A stretch of DNA of 12,059 bases, taken from positions 1 through 12,059 of the forward strand of contig CAZUNO010000049.1 in assembly GCA_964621445.1 (NCBI GenBank), in the 5' to 3' direction. The DNA comes from Candidatus Hadarchaeota archaeon (lineage in GTDB: Archaea; CAYQAE01; CAYVLA01). Positions within the stretch are counted from its first letter, which is position 1; each line of letters opens with the position of its first letter. Of this stretch, positions 1-7,876 are shown one piece after another. The notes under the pieces are model-generated. The model was not told where the DNA came from. It searched no databases and saw only the letters and a program-made list of their open reading frames with translations. The translations under genes and the position numbers were made by a program.

Positions 1-2
1 CG

Positions 3-575
3 GGGCCAAAAATCGAGTTCATATGTGCATGGGACTACGAGAAGGGCAGAACCATAACCTCCGGATCTTTCGTAGGTAGACGGGACATATTCAGCGTTAA
101 ACCGCGCGTTGTCGGAGGCACAATCCTCATGAACATGATCCTGTACACCGCCCAGAAGGAGCTCATACAGGACGTGGCTCTTTACAACCGGCTCAAATCC
201 AAGTTTGATGGATTCAGGACCGAGATGGCACTGCTCATCTCCCTGAAGGACTTCGTGGACAGCTTCGGGGCCAACACAGACCAAATAGTCAGGGAATCCC
301 AGGAACTAGAGGAGATATACCAGGAGGGCGTGGAGCATTACCGGGAACAGGACTTCCAGAAGGCCGAGGTATCACTGGACAGGGCCCTGGAAGGCTTCAC
401 CGAGCTGGAAAAACTGGCCAAGGACATCAAGGACCGAGCCCTTCTATGGGTCTACGCCATCGAATGGCTGGTAACCGCCTCCACCCTGTTTATCTCGGGC
501 TTCATACTCTGGAGCCTGATGATCAAGAGAAAGATGTACCGAGAGGTAAAGGGCACCAGGTTCGACAGAGGATAG
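3..575 (+). CDS. 5'-truncated hypothetical membrane-anchored protein (helical stalk plus C-terminal TM helix; possibly preceded by a class I glutamine amidotransferase-like domain)
   Basis: The frame of track ORF 129..575 is open back to base 3 (GPKIEFICAWDYEKGRTITSGSF...), so the true start lies outside the window. WDYEKGRT resembles the W-x-Y-G-x-G-R strand at the end of GATase-like domains. An acidic helical segment follows, then hydrophobic LLWVYAIEWLVTASTLFISGFILWSLMI and a basic tail KRKMYR. Stop TAG at 573-575. Confidence 0.75.
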   Translation, partial: GPKIEFICAWDYEKGRTITSGSFVGRRDIFSVKPRVVGGTILMNMILYTAQKELIQDVALYNRLKSKFDGFRTEMALLISLKDFVDSFGANTDQIVRESQELEEIYQEGVEHYREQDFQKAEVSLDRALEGFTELEKLAKDIKDRALLWVYAIEWLVTASTLFISGFILWSLMIKRKMYREVKGTRFDRG

Positions 576-623
576 ATTGGTATATCCTCCTAACAATACC
601 TCACTTGTTATACTACCCCACGG

Positions 624-642
624 GAGATTCAGCGGGGATCTC
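624..642. terminator. Possible hairpin between convergent genes
   Basis: GAGATTC-AGCGG-GGATCTC forms a 7-bp stem (one G-U on +) in the 94-bp gap between convergent stops. No U-tract follows. Confidence 0.2.
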
Positions 643-669
643 GAACCCTAGACTAGGTCATCAGAAGCC

Positions 670-3213
670 TTAGACCGAGTCCAACCTCGAGGATTCAGGC
701 GCCGTCCACGGCATCTCATCCTTCTCCATCAGCCAGAAGTCGCATAAACCGGCCATCATCCTTTTCTTTCCAGTTACCGATTGATCCGGATGGGAAACCA
801 GGGAGAACCTGACTTCCCCGCTCTCCGTGAGATCCACTGGTATATTCACCTCTACAAATGATAGCTCGCCGGTGACCTTGAGTTTCTCCCTTAGGGTCCT
901 ACCGTTAACCTCCACCGAGGCCTCCACGTACCCGGTCTCCTCGCTGGGCCGGCGGCCAAGTCTGTGACCCCTCACCACCGCCCGAGCCGTGTACTGAATG
1001 TCTCCTTTAAGTCCATCATAGGCCAGGGTGATCCTGTTGCCCTTAAGGGGATCGGGGTAGGCAAGTCCGTAGTGGGACAGCTTGGCAGGTCCCTCAAAGG
1101 CATATAGCATCCAGCGCAGACCGGAATAGACCAGGTTATCGGGTCGATCGAACACGCCAAGCTTTTCATAGAACCCGCCCCGGCCGGGATCCTTGTATCC
1201 TAGGACCATGTTTATCGCCTTCACCATCTCCTCCCGGTCGTCGCTGGCCAGGCCCTCCTTCAGGATCCTCACCCACCACCCTGTCTCGGTGAGATCCCAT
1301 TTATCGACGGTGAAGCAGGCAGGTACCCTGTAACCTATGATTCGGTTGGACTCCTCGCCGAGTTCCAGCGCCTCCTCCTTGATCTCCTCCATTTTCGAGG
1401 TCACCTTGGGACGCGCTAGTATTTCCGCTGCCTCCTCAATACTGCTCTCCGGATCCTCCGAGTCTCTGGCATCCTCCAGTAGTGGTCTGGCCAAGCCCTT
1501 CAGCTCCTCCCCTCGCTCCAGCTCGAGCTGTGTGTAGAGGTCCATCAGGGCCTTCTGGGCTATTATCCTATACCGCCAATCGTGCTCCATCAGGTTCTCG
1601 GGAATCCTCTCGCCCGCCGAACGAACCAGCTCAACGGCCCTGGACACCCCCTGGTTTCCGAGCAGCGGGTTCTCAAGCGTCTCCTCCATGAGCATTATGG
1701 CCTCCGTCATCTCATCCTGGGCATCCGGACCAAACCAGTATCGGCAGTATTCCTCGGTTATCTCCTCCGCCGACTGGTTTGGATCCCAGAGCAGGCGGTT
1801 CCAGAACCACTTATTGAAGTCGCCGTGCATGCCCTCGTTATATGGGAGATCCCCTATGGCGTAGTGAAGGATCTCCTGGCCTATCCTGTGGAATCCCCTG
1901 GGACGCGCATTCCACGTCCCCCTCCCGTAAACCGCTGATAGGACCGGGTCGGGGTTCCTTATGCCGCACTGGGATTGCATCCAGTGGGTAAGGTCGGAGA
2001 ATAATACGGTTTGCACGTCCCCCGGGAGCACGTGGTGGATATGCTTGATGTAGTTGCCAAGGCGGCCGAACCCTCTATACTCGAACCACTTGGGATTTAC
2101 AGGGCCCCTGTAGTAGGTCTGCATCTCATTGGTTCCTGGTCCGTAGGATACCGCGTAAAGCCAGCTCGTGTCATGATCGTTAAGATAATCAAAAAACGCC
2201 TCGTTGTCCTCGTTGTTCATGTCCTGGTTGGTCAGCACCAGCTTGCTCTCGGGGTGGTGCTTGTGTACGATCTCTGCGATATCACGGGCAAGTTCGACGC
2301 AGGTTCTTCCCCATGGCCTGCATTTCGGGCAGTGGCATCCGCCCGGGTCGCCCGTTTTGAGGAAGAAAAATTCGTGATCGGGCTCTTCCCTGAATATCTC
2401 ATCGATGGTCTCCAGAGCGGCCTGCCTGGCCTCCGGTACCGAGGGACAGACCAGTCTCTTGTTCACTCCATCGTCAGCGGCCCATTCCTCTGGAACAAGA
2501 TTCTTTCCATTCGCCAGCCTCGGTATATCATTCACCGTTCGACGACCACCGGTGGTGGATCTCATTATGCCATATGGTTTCACTTTATCGAGGTCTTCCT
2601 GCAGTGTATTTACACCGATAAGCAGGAGGTTCTCCCTCATCTCCTCCAGCTCATCTTCCGTCTGGGGACGAACATCCCCAAACTTCTTGGCCTGGCCTCC
2701 AACGCCCTTCACGGAACCTCCACGAATGGGGAAGGCGGGCGCTTCCTTGATTTTAACCACCGGCATTTCGATGCGGTCCGGGGCATAGGTAATGGCCCTA
2801 AGGGCCCAACCAACCCCATACAGGGTCCCTCTATCGTCCACTCCCGCGATAGCCACCACAGGCTGGTCATTAACCCTACCAGATGCTACCGTGAACCCCT
2901 CGGGATGCAACCTCGTCGAGTTCGGCAGGGCGGGTAGCTCTGCCCCCAGATCATCCATGTATTGTCGGGAGAGGGAATTATTATCCGGTGACCCCACCGA
3001 GAAAACCAGGTCCGCACCATCAATATCCTCATCTCGGGAGTCCCAGGTCCAGATTTTAGCCTCGACCTCGCTCCGTTTAGTGATTCTTTTACTAAGTAGC
3101 TCGGCTGCCTTCGACTCCGGTCCGGTGCATCTTGAGCCCACGACTATGGCTATTTTCTTTGCTTCAACCAGTGCTCCTTTGGGTGTTGTAATAGCAAATC
3201 CTCCTTTTTTCAC
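670..3213 (-). CDS. Glycoside hydrolase-like protein: N-terminal GH20/GH67-type alpha/beta domain, putative TIM barrel, helical region and C-terminal beta-sandwich
   Basis: 847-aa ORF. The N-terminal domain has the typical PEGFTV...IAGVDDRGTLYGVG...PAFPIRG pattern of hexosaminidase/alpha-glucuronidase domain 2. The barrel contains GDPGGCHCPKC and later WNRLLWDP...EYCRYWFG, as in DUF4838/GH67/GH115-like proteins. The start codon is uncertain (GTG 3213 or ATT 3192). No signal peptide. Confidence 0.75.
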   Translation of the reverse strand: MKKGGFAITTPKGALVEAKKIAIVVGSRCTGPESKAAELLSKRITKRSEVEAKIWTWDSRDEDIDGADLVFSVGSPDNNSLSRQYMDDLGAELPALPNSTRLHPEGFTVASGRVNDQPVVAIAGVDDRGTLYGVGWALRAITYAPDRIEMPVVKIKEAPAFPIRGGSVKGVGGQAKKFGDVRPQTEDELEEMRENLLLIGVNTLQEDLDKVKPYGIMRSTTGGRRTVNDIPRLANGKNLVPEEWAADDGVNKRLVCPSVPEARQAALETIDEIFREEPDHEFFFLKTGDPGGCHCPKCRPWGRTCVELARDIAEIVHKHHPESKLVLTNQDMNNEDNEAFFDYLNDHDTSWLYAVSYGPGTNEMQTYYRGPVNPKWFEYRGFGRLGNYIKHIHHVLPGDVQTVLFSDLTHWMQSQCGIRNPDPVLSAVYGRGTWNARPRGFHRIGQEILHYAIGDLPYNEGMHGDFNKWFWNRLLWDPNQSAEEITEEYCRYWFGPDAQDEMTEAIMLMEETLENPLLGNQGVSRAVELVRSAGERIPENLMEHDWRYRIIAQKALMDLYTQLELERGEELKGLARPLLEDARDSEDPESSIEEAAEILARPKVTSKMEEIKEEALELGEESNRIIGYRVPACFTVDKWDLTETGWWVRILKEGLASDDREEMVKAINMVLGYKDPGRGGFYEKLGVFDRPDNLVYSGLRWMLYAFEGPAKLSHYGLAYPDPLKGNRITLAYDGLKGDIQYTARAVVRGHRLGRRPSEETGYVEASVEVNGRTLREKLKVTGELSFVEVNIPVDLTESGEVRFSLVSHPDQSVTGKKRMMAGLCDFWLMEKDEMPWTAPESSRLDSV

Positions 3214-3255
3214 TGACTGTACGGATCAGGCGCGTGAAGAAGCTAAGTAAAATGC

Positions 3256-3351
3256 TTCCATCGGGAAACCTGATCCTGTTAACATCCGTGAATTTCGCTA
3301 GAGGATAAAGATGTATCAATTGGGGATTGGCTGGATTAGTTCCGGATGGAA
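3256..3351. repeat. Long imperfect inverted repeat (~96 nt) in an intergenic region
   Basis: The left arm 3256-3287 (ttccatcgggaaacctgatcctgttaacatcc) aligns to the reverse complement of 3324-3351 (ttccatccggaa--ctaatccagccaa--tcc). The outer 12 nt match 11/12. Confidence 0.55.
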
Positions 3352-3388
3352 ATCCTCCACCTCTGGCTTTTATTGCATTGAGAAATTT

Positions 3389-3409
3389 CAGGGAGCCCCG
3401 GCCCTCCTG
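3389..3409 (-). terminator. Possible GC-rich hairpin just downstream of the GH95 stop
   Basis: Minus strand CAGGAGGGCCGGGGCTCCCTG can form an ~8-bp stem with a bulge, starting 9 nt after the TAG. It is followed by AAATTTCTC, only a weak U-tract. Confidence 0.2.
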
Positions 3410-3418
3410 GATCTGCCT

Positions 3419-5596
3419 CTATTCATTCCCCGTTTCAATCTCCGGTATCCATATGGTTACGGACTGCCCGGCCTTCATATCGAGGCATATTTCATCGCCC
3501 GAGGTTGTGTAATCACTATCACTCTTGAAATTCCCACCCTGAAAAGGGTTGATAAGACGAAGACGTCTGTTCACGGTAGACTTAACGGTAACCTTCACGG
3601 TTTCTCCCCCGCGGCAGGTTGCCGAGACTATGAAGCCGCCCTCAGCTCGCAGATTCTCAAAAGACAGGTCCTTCCACCCCGATGGCAGGGCGGGGAAGAC
3701 TCTCAACTTTCCGCCCCAGCTCTGGAGAAGCATCTCGTGGATTGCCTGTCCAGCGGCAAAATTACCCTCCATGGTAAAGGCTCGGAAGTGGTAATCGCTA
3801 AGGCCTTTACGGGTCTGCTCCCCGTTGGAGTGGAAGCCATTTCGGAGGGTGAAGCCCTCCAGGAAATCCCGAAGGTGTTTCAGGGTACCGTTCCCGTCCC
3901 CGATTCGGGCCAGGATACAGGCCATCCAGCTGTAACTATAGCCGAGCCATTCAGATGTTCCCAGCCTCTCCAGGTGGCGGAGCGAATCATCGATAATGCG
4001 AAGATGATCCGGCCCTCCCTCCACATTGATCAGCCCGAGGGGGTGTATGCTCATGAGGTGGGAGAAGTGGCGGTGGGACTCGGTGAGGGTCTCGTCCGGG
4101 GAGACCATTAGCCCCGTGTCATTCACCGCCAAATCATCGAGCCTTTCAAGATTATCCCTCCATTTCCGGGACTCCTTCACCCTTCCCAATTCGTCAGCCA
4201 TCTGTGCATTAGCCAGCAGTATCCAGCGTACAAGTGATAGATCGTAGTTGCTGTTCGGGGTCACCCACGATTCCTGGAAGTTGTTGTGAATCTCAGGCGA
4301 ACATGACAGGGGCAGTAAGAGATTTCCACTCCTGGGGTCCTCCTCCATCAGTCCCAGCAGCGCCTCAGCGATGCCTTTACAGTACGGGTATGCTCTTTCG
4401 CTTAGAAATTTCCTGTCCATGGTGTGGAGCCAGTGAAGGTGAAATGACTGGGCCACCCAAGCTCCATTGGTCGGAGAGAGGGAATACTGGAGCCAGCCTC
4501 CCATTACCTTCCCCTCAAGCGACATGACACCTGGTACCACGTGACCCCTTTCCAGTCCAAAAAAAACCCGCGCAAGCTCCTCGTGTTGGTCCTTAAGGGA
4601 CCACATGAAATCCAGAAAACTCTCTCCCTGTTCAAATCGCCCCGAGGAAAGGTAGCTCCAGTAGGTCAGCTCGGTGTTGAGATCGTTATGGTAGTCCCCG
4701 TTCCATGGCGGCAGTTCGCCCTCATCGGCGGTCCAGACGCCCTGGAGGGGTATCGGCGGAGCTCCTTTTCTGGATCCCGAGCCGTATAGATACTGGACGA
4801 GATGATAGTACCGTTGCACCTTTTGGTCGGGTAGGTTAACCCTGGATTCCTTCCAAAAATTCGACCACCAATCTAGGTGGTCTTTCATGAGTTCAGGATT
4901 ACCTCCATCCCGGGCCCTCTGGACCCTCTTGAACGCAAGGTCCAACGGATCATCGGAATCCCGATTGGTGGTTATGGTTGCCGCAAGGTATCTTCCCACG
5001 TCCTGCCAAAGCTCGCAGTAGATGACATACCGAAATCCAAGAGCGGCATCCTGGACGATCCAGGCTCTGTCATCATCGATGGTAACCTCCGGAGGCCTGT
5101 ATCCTAGCTCCTTTACCGCCTGGTTGGCGACTAGTTCAAGGCCTATATCCAGATCAGGCAGGCTCATCACTGCCAATGGATAATTTGCCGGGAAAAAGCA
5201 CTCCGCCCGGTTTCCCGCGATGTCCACTGACCCAACCGCCCTTCTCATATCGAGCTGGAAGCTAGATGCAGAATTCGAGCCGATATCCAATACCAGCCTT
5301 GCGCCGGGAAGTTTGGTCGGGAAGGGACTGACATGACTGTGTTTCTCATTCAACTCCTCGTTCCTGCCCTCACTGACCATTGCAACCATTTCATCATAAG
5401 TGAAGTACTCATCGGAAAGGATGGGATGTTCCCTCAGATCCCAGAGGTCCCCCCTGTCCAGGGAGAGCTTGATATCTCCGTCCCCTCCCCATAGCAAACC
5501 CCCCATCAAGCCGTTGCCCAGAGGTATGGCCTCGTCCCATTTCTCTATGGGCGCTTTAAGGGTGATTTGATATGGATCCTCATCTCCTTTATTCAT
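3419..5596 (-). CDS. Glycoside hydrolase family 95 (alpha-L-fucosidase / alpha-L-galactosidase-like)
   Basis: 725 aa with GH95 hallmarks: WDEAIPLGNGLMG, LQGVW, PPWNGDYHNDLNTELTYW, CSPE, HRHFSHL...HP and FTMEGNF...AIHEMLLQS...PALP. AGGAG lies 8 nt upstream of the ATG. No signal peptide. Confidence 0.93.
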   Translation of the reverse strand: MNKGDEDPYQITLKAPIEKWDEAIPLGNGLMGGLLWGGDGDIKLSLDRGDLWDLREHPILSDEYFTYDEMVAMVSEGRNEELNEKHSHVSPFPTKLPGARLVLDIGSNSASSFQLDMRRAVGSVDIAGNRAECFFPANYPLAVMSLPDLDIGLELVANQAVKELGYRPPEVTIDDDRAWIVQDAALGFRYVIYCELWQDVGRYLAATITTNRDSDDPLDLAFKRVQRARDGGNPELMKDHLDWWSNFWKESRVNLPDQKVQRYYHLVQYLYGSGSRKGAPPIPLQGVWTADEGELPPWNGDYHNDLNTELTYWSYLSSGRFEQGESFLDFMWSLKDQHEELARVFFGLERGHVVPGVMSLEGKVMGGWLQYSLSPTNGAWVAQSFHLHWLHTMDRKFLSERAYPYCKGIAEALLGLMEEDPRSGNLLLPLSCSPEIHNNFQESWVTPNSNYDLSLVRWILLANAQMADELGRVKESRKWRDNLERLDDLAVNDTGLMVSPDETLTESHRHFSHLMSIHPLGLINVEGGPDHLRIIDDSLRHLERLGTSEWLGYSYSWMACILARIGDGNGTLKHLRDFLEGFTLRNGFHSNGEQTRKGLSDYHFRAFTMEGNFAAGQAIHEMLLQSWGGKLRVFPALPSGWKDLSFENLRAEGGFIVSATCRGGETVKVTVKSTVNRRLRLINPFQGGNFKSDSDYTTSGDEICLDMKAGQSVTIWIPEIETGNE

Positions 5597-5705
5597 CCCA
5601 ATCCGCTCCTGGTGCTAAAACATCCCAAGGCCCTGATTCCAATATGTCTTCACAAAAATGAACCACCAAGCCCGAAATTGATGGCCGTCTCGAGTATTCA
5701 TTATC

Positions 5706-5717
5706 TTAAAAGTTTAA
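5706..5717. promoter_or_regulatory. Candidate bidirectional TATA-like core in a divergent promoter region
   Basis: TTAAA-AG-TTTAA is symmetric. It reads AAAAGTTTAA on + and AAACTTTTAAG on -, both resembling archaeal BRE/TATA elements, and lies between the divergent GH95 and DUF6259-like genes. Confidence 0.35.
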
Positions 5718-5787
5718 CCGGATGCCGATAGGCGAAATTCTCGTTTAGGCGCTAGATTTTTCTTAATCAGGTCAACCACGGATAGGG

Positions 5788-7860
5788 ATGACCCGAATGG
5801 AAAATGTTGGCCTCGGTAATCAGTTGGTTCGCTATTCCTTCTCCAGGAGGAATGGATGTTTGGTACAGATAGAGGACCTCCTGAGCGGGAACGTGCACAT
5901 CGGGAGGGAGTCCGACGCCAGGCTTTTTCGGGTGGTCAGACCGAGTAGCATCTGGCAGTCCCGTTACGCTGACAGCCAGGACTCAAACCCACCGGAAATT
6001 GAGTCCACGGGCACCGGGCTACAGATGCTATGGGACGGGTTGATGGCCCCTGATGGGGAAATGGAGGTCCAGATCTCAGTTAATGTGGATTTGGCGAGGG
6101 ACTCCTCCGAGGCGACATTCTCCACCGAGGTGAAAAACCTGGGAGAGGGGCTGATCCAGGAGATGCGTTTTCCCTGGGTAGGGGGTTGGACCGGCCTGGC
6201 GGGCAAAGGGGAGGACCAGGCACGGTGTGGCTGCGTACCCCTGGACCCCCATCACCTTCCCTCCGGGAAATCCTCCAACAACCTGGGCGGGTCCAAACGC
6301 AGGAAGTATTTCGTCTACAATCATCAGATGCTGCTTCCCTTTTTCGATATCTCCGGGGGAGGCTCCGGTCTCTCCTACATATGCTACCAGAGGCGACCCG
6401 CCCTTGGAGGGGTGGTGGTGGAGAACCTGGACCGGGACCCCGAATCACTATCTCTCAGCTGGTCCTGGCTCCATCACCTCTTCATCGCCAAGGGGGAAAC
6501 CTGGTGCTCACCGCCCATTGGGATCTCCCCCCACCAAACCGACTGGCATGCGACTGCCGACAGGTACAGGGAATTCCTCGAGAAGTGGTGGAGCCCTCCT
6601 CCAGCTACATCCGAACTAAGAACCAAGATCGGTTTTCAGACCATTCAGACCAGGGGGTTCGACGGTACACCATTCCATAACTTCGAGGAAATCCCGGCTC
6701 TTGCCCAGGATGGCCTGGATTTCGGGGTTAAGGACCTCTGCATATGGGATCCCATGGCCGGCCTGTACCTCAGGCCGGATGAGGGGGATTTCTGGGAGGA
6801 GTTCGACCCATCACGTGACCCTGAAGCACTACGGGAGGGCCTGGAGGAGGCCCGAAAGATGGGCGTGAACGTGTCCACTCTTCTAAACTTCCGCCTCATC
6901 AGGGGTAACTCCGACCTGTATCGGGAGTTCGGCGAACAGCGAGCCCTGCGGACCGTCTTCGGGAACCCCTACTCCGAGGACTGGAGCACCTGCAGCTATA
7001 ACCACGCTGGATTCCGCACCAAGTACCTCTCCAGGGATGGACGGGTTCTGTGCATGAAATCGCAGGGCCACAGGGAGAGGTGCTGGGAGGTGGTAAGGGA
7101 GAGCCTGGATATGGGATTCACCTCGCTGTTCCTGGACCAGACCTTCGAGGGGCTTCCCTGTTTCTCGGACCTCCACGGCCATTCCTCTCCCGATGACACC
7201 CACCAGTCCACACTTGACTGGGCGGCCCGGGCCGCCGCCGCGGTAAGGGAACGGGATCCCCGGGCCTACGTTATCGGGGAGCAATGCGATCTCTTTGCCA
7301 TGGCCCATATCAACGTGAACTGGAGCTGGGGCTGGTCGAACCTGGCCCCGGAGGTCATATTATACACCCTTCCCGAGGCCCTTCTATGCTGGGTGGTCGA
7401 CCGCCAACCGAAGGAGCTCAACCGGGCATTTGCCATGGGTTGCCTGGCAGCCCTGACCACCGGACAGGCCGAGGAAAGCATCGCCGCATATCCGGAGTTC
7501 GGCTCGAGGGTAAGGGCCCTGGCAGAGCTGAGAAAGAGATGCGCAGGATACACCGTCCTGGCCAGATTCAGGGACATCCTCGGAATTAGGGCCGAGAACG
7601 CACTTGCCTATGTCTACGAATGCGACCAGGGCCTGGGCGTGGTCATTGCCGAGGTCAATGGCAGGGTAGTTGAGGCCACGGTGGAACTGGACACCTCCAT
7701 TCTCGGCCGATCACCCAAGGGGCGGCCAACCATCCACCTGATGAACGGAGAGGACATGGAGTTCAGCGGCACCCGAAAGGGTGACAGGCTAACTCTTAAG
7801 ATCGATCTCCAGCCCCTGGAGGTCGCGGTGTGGACCATTCCCTGCCATGAAAAACGGTAA
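5788..7860 (+). CDS. DUF6259-like putative glycoside hydrolase (beta-sandwich, TIM barrel, C-terminal beta domain; clan GH-D-like architecture)
   Basis: 690-aa ORF. An N-terminal beta-rich domain ends in DWHATADRYR...WW. The barrel has GFTSLFLDQ (candidate nucleophile Asp) and YVIGEQCD (candidate acid/base). The C-terminus is LQPLEVAVW. No signal peptide. The family call is from motif recall. Confidence 0.7.
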   Translation: MTRMENVGLGNQLVRYSFSRRNGCLVQIEDLLSGNVHIGRESDARLFRVVRPSSIWQSRYADSQDSNPPEIESTGTGLQMLWDGLMAPDGEMEVQISVNVDLARDSSEATFSTEVKNLGEGLIQEMRFPWVGGWTGLAGKGEDQARCGCVPLDPHHLPSGKSSNNLGGSKRRKYFVYNHQMLLPFFDISGGGSGLSYICYQRRPALGGVVVENLDRDPESLSLSWSWLHHLFIAKGETWCSPPIGISPHQTDWHATADRYREFLEKWWSPPPATSELRTKIGFQTIQTRGFDGTPFHNFEEIPALAQDGLDFGVKDLCIWDPMAGLYLRPDEGDFWEEFDPSRDPEALREGLEEARKMGVNVSTLLNFRLIRGNSDLYREFGEQRALRTVFGNPYSEDWSTCSYNHAGFRTKYLSRDGRVLCMKSQGHRERCWEVVRESLDMGFTSLFLDQTFEGLPCFSDLHGHSSPDDTHQSTLDWAARAAAAVRERDPRAYVIGEQCDLFAMAHINVNWSWGWSNLAPEVILYTLPEALLCWVVDRQPKELNRAFAMGCLAALTTGQAEESIAAYPEFGSRVRALAELRKRCAGYTVLARFRDILGIRAENALAYVYECDQGLGVVIAEVNGRVVEATVELDTSILGRSPKGRPTIHLMNGEDMEFSGTRKGDRLTLKIDLQPLEVAVWTIPCHEKR

Positions 7861-7876
7861 GCGTTAGCCTCCATCA

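Noticed and set aside
632-648. Minus strand GGGTTCGAGATCCCCGC resembles a tRNA T-arm or att site
   Set aside because: The loop is one base too long, no cloverleaf or CCA end is present, and there is no integrase nearby.
647-657. CCTAG-A-CTAGG palindrome and apparent intergenic CTAG enrichment
   Set aside because: The palindrome is short, and CTAG also occurs repeatedly inside genes.
2011-2937. 308-aa + strand ORF
   Set aside because: Antisense shadow of the 847-aa gene with no recognisable motifs; typical of GC-rich coding DNA.
3125-3213. KKIAIVVGSRC as a lipoprotein signal in the 847-aa protein
   Set aside because: The hydrophobic stretch is too short and there is no lipobox; it fits the first beta-strand of the N-terminal domain.
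3311-4111. 266-aa + strand ORF
   Set aside because: Almost entirely antisense to the well-supported GH95 and has no domain signal.
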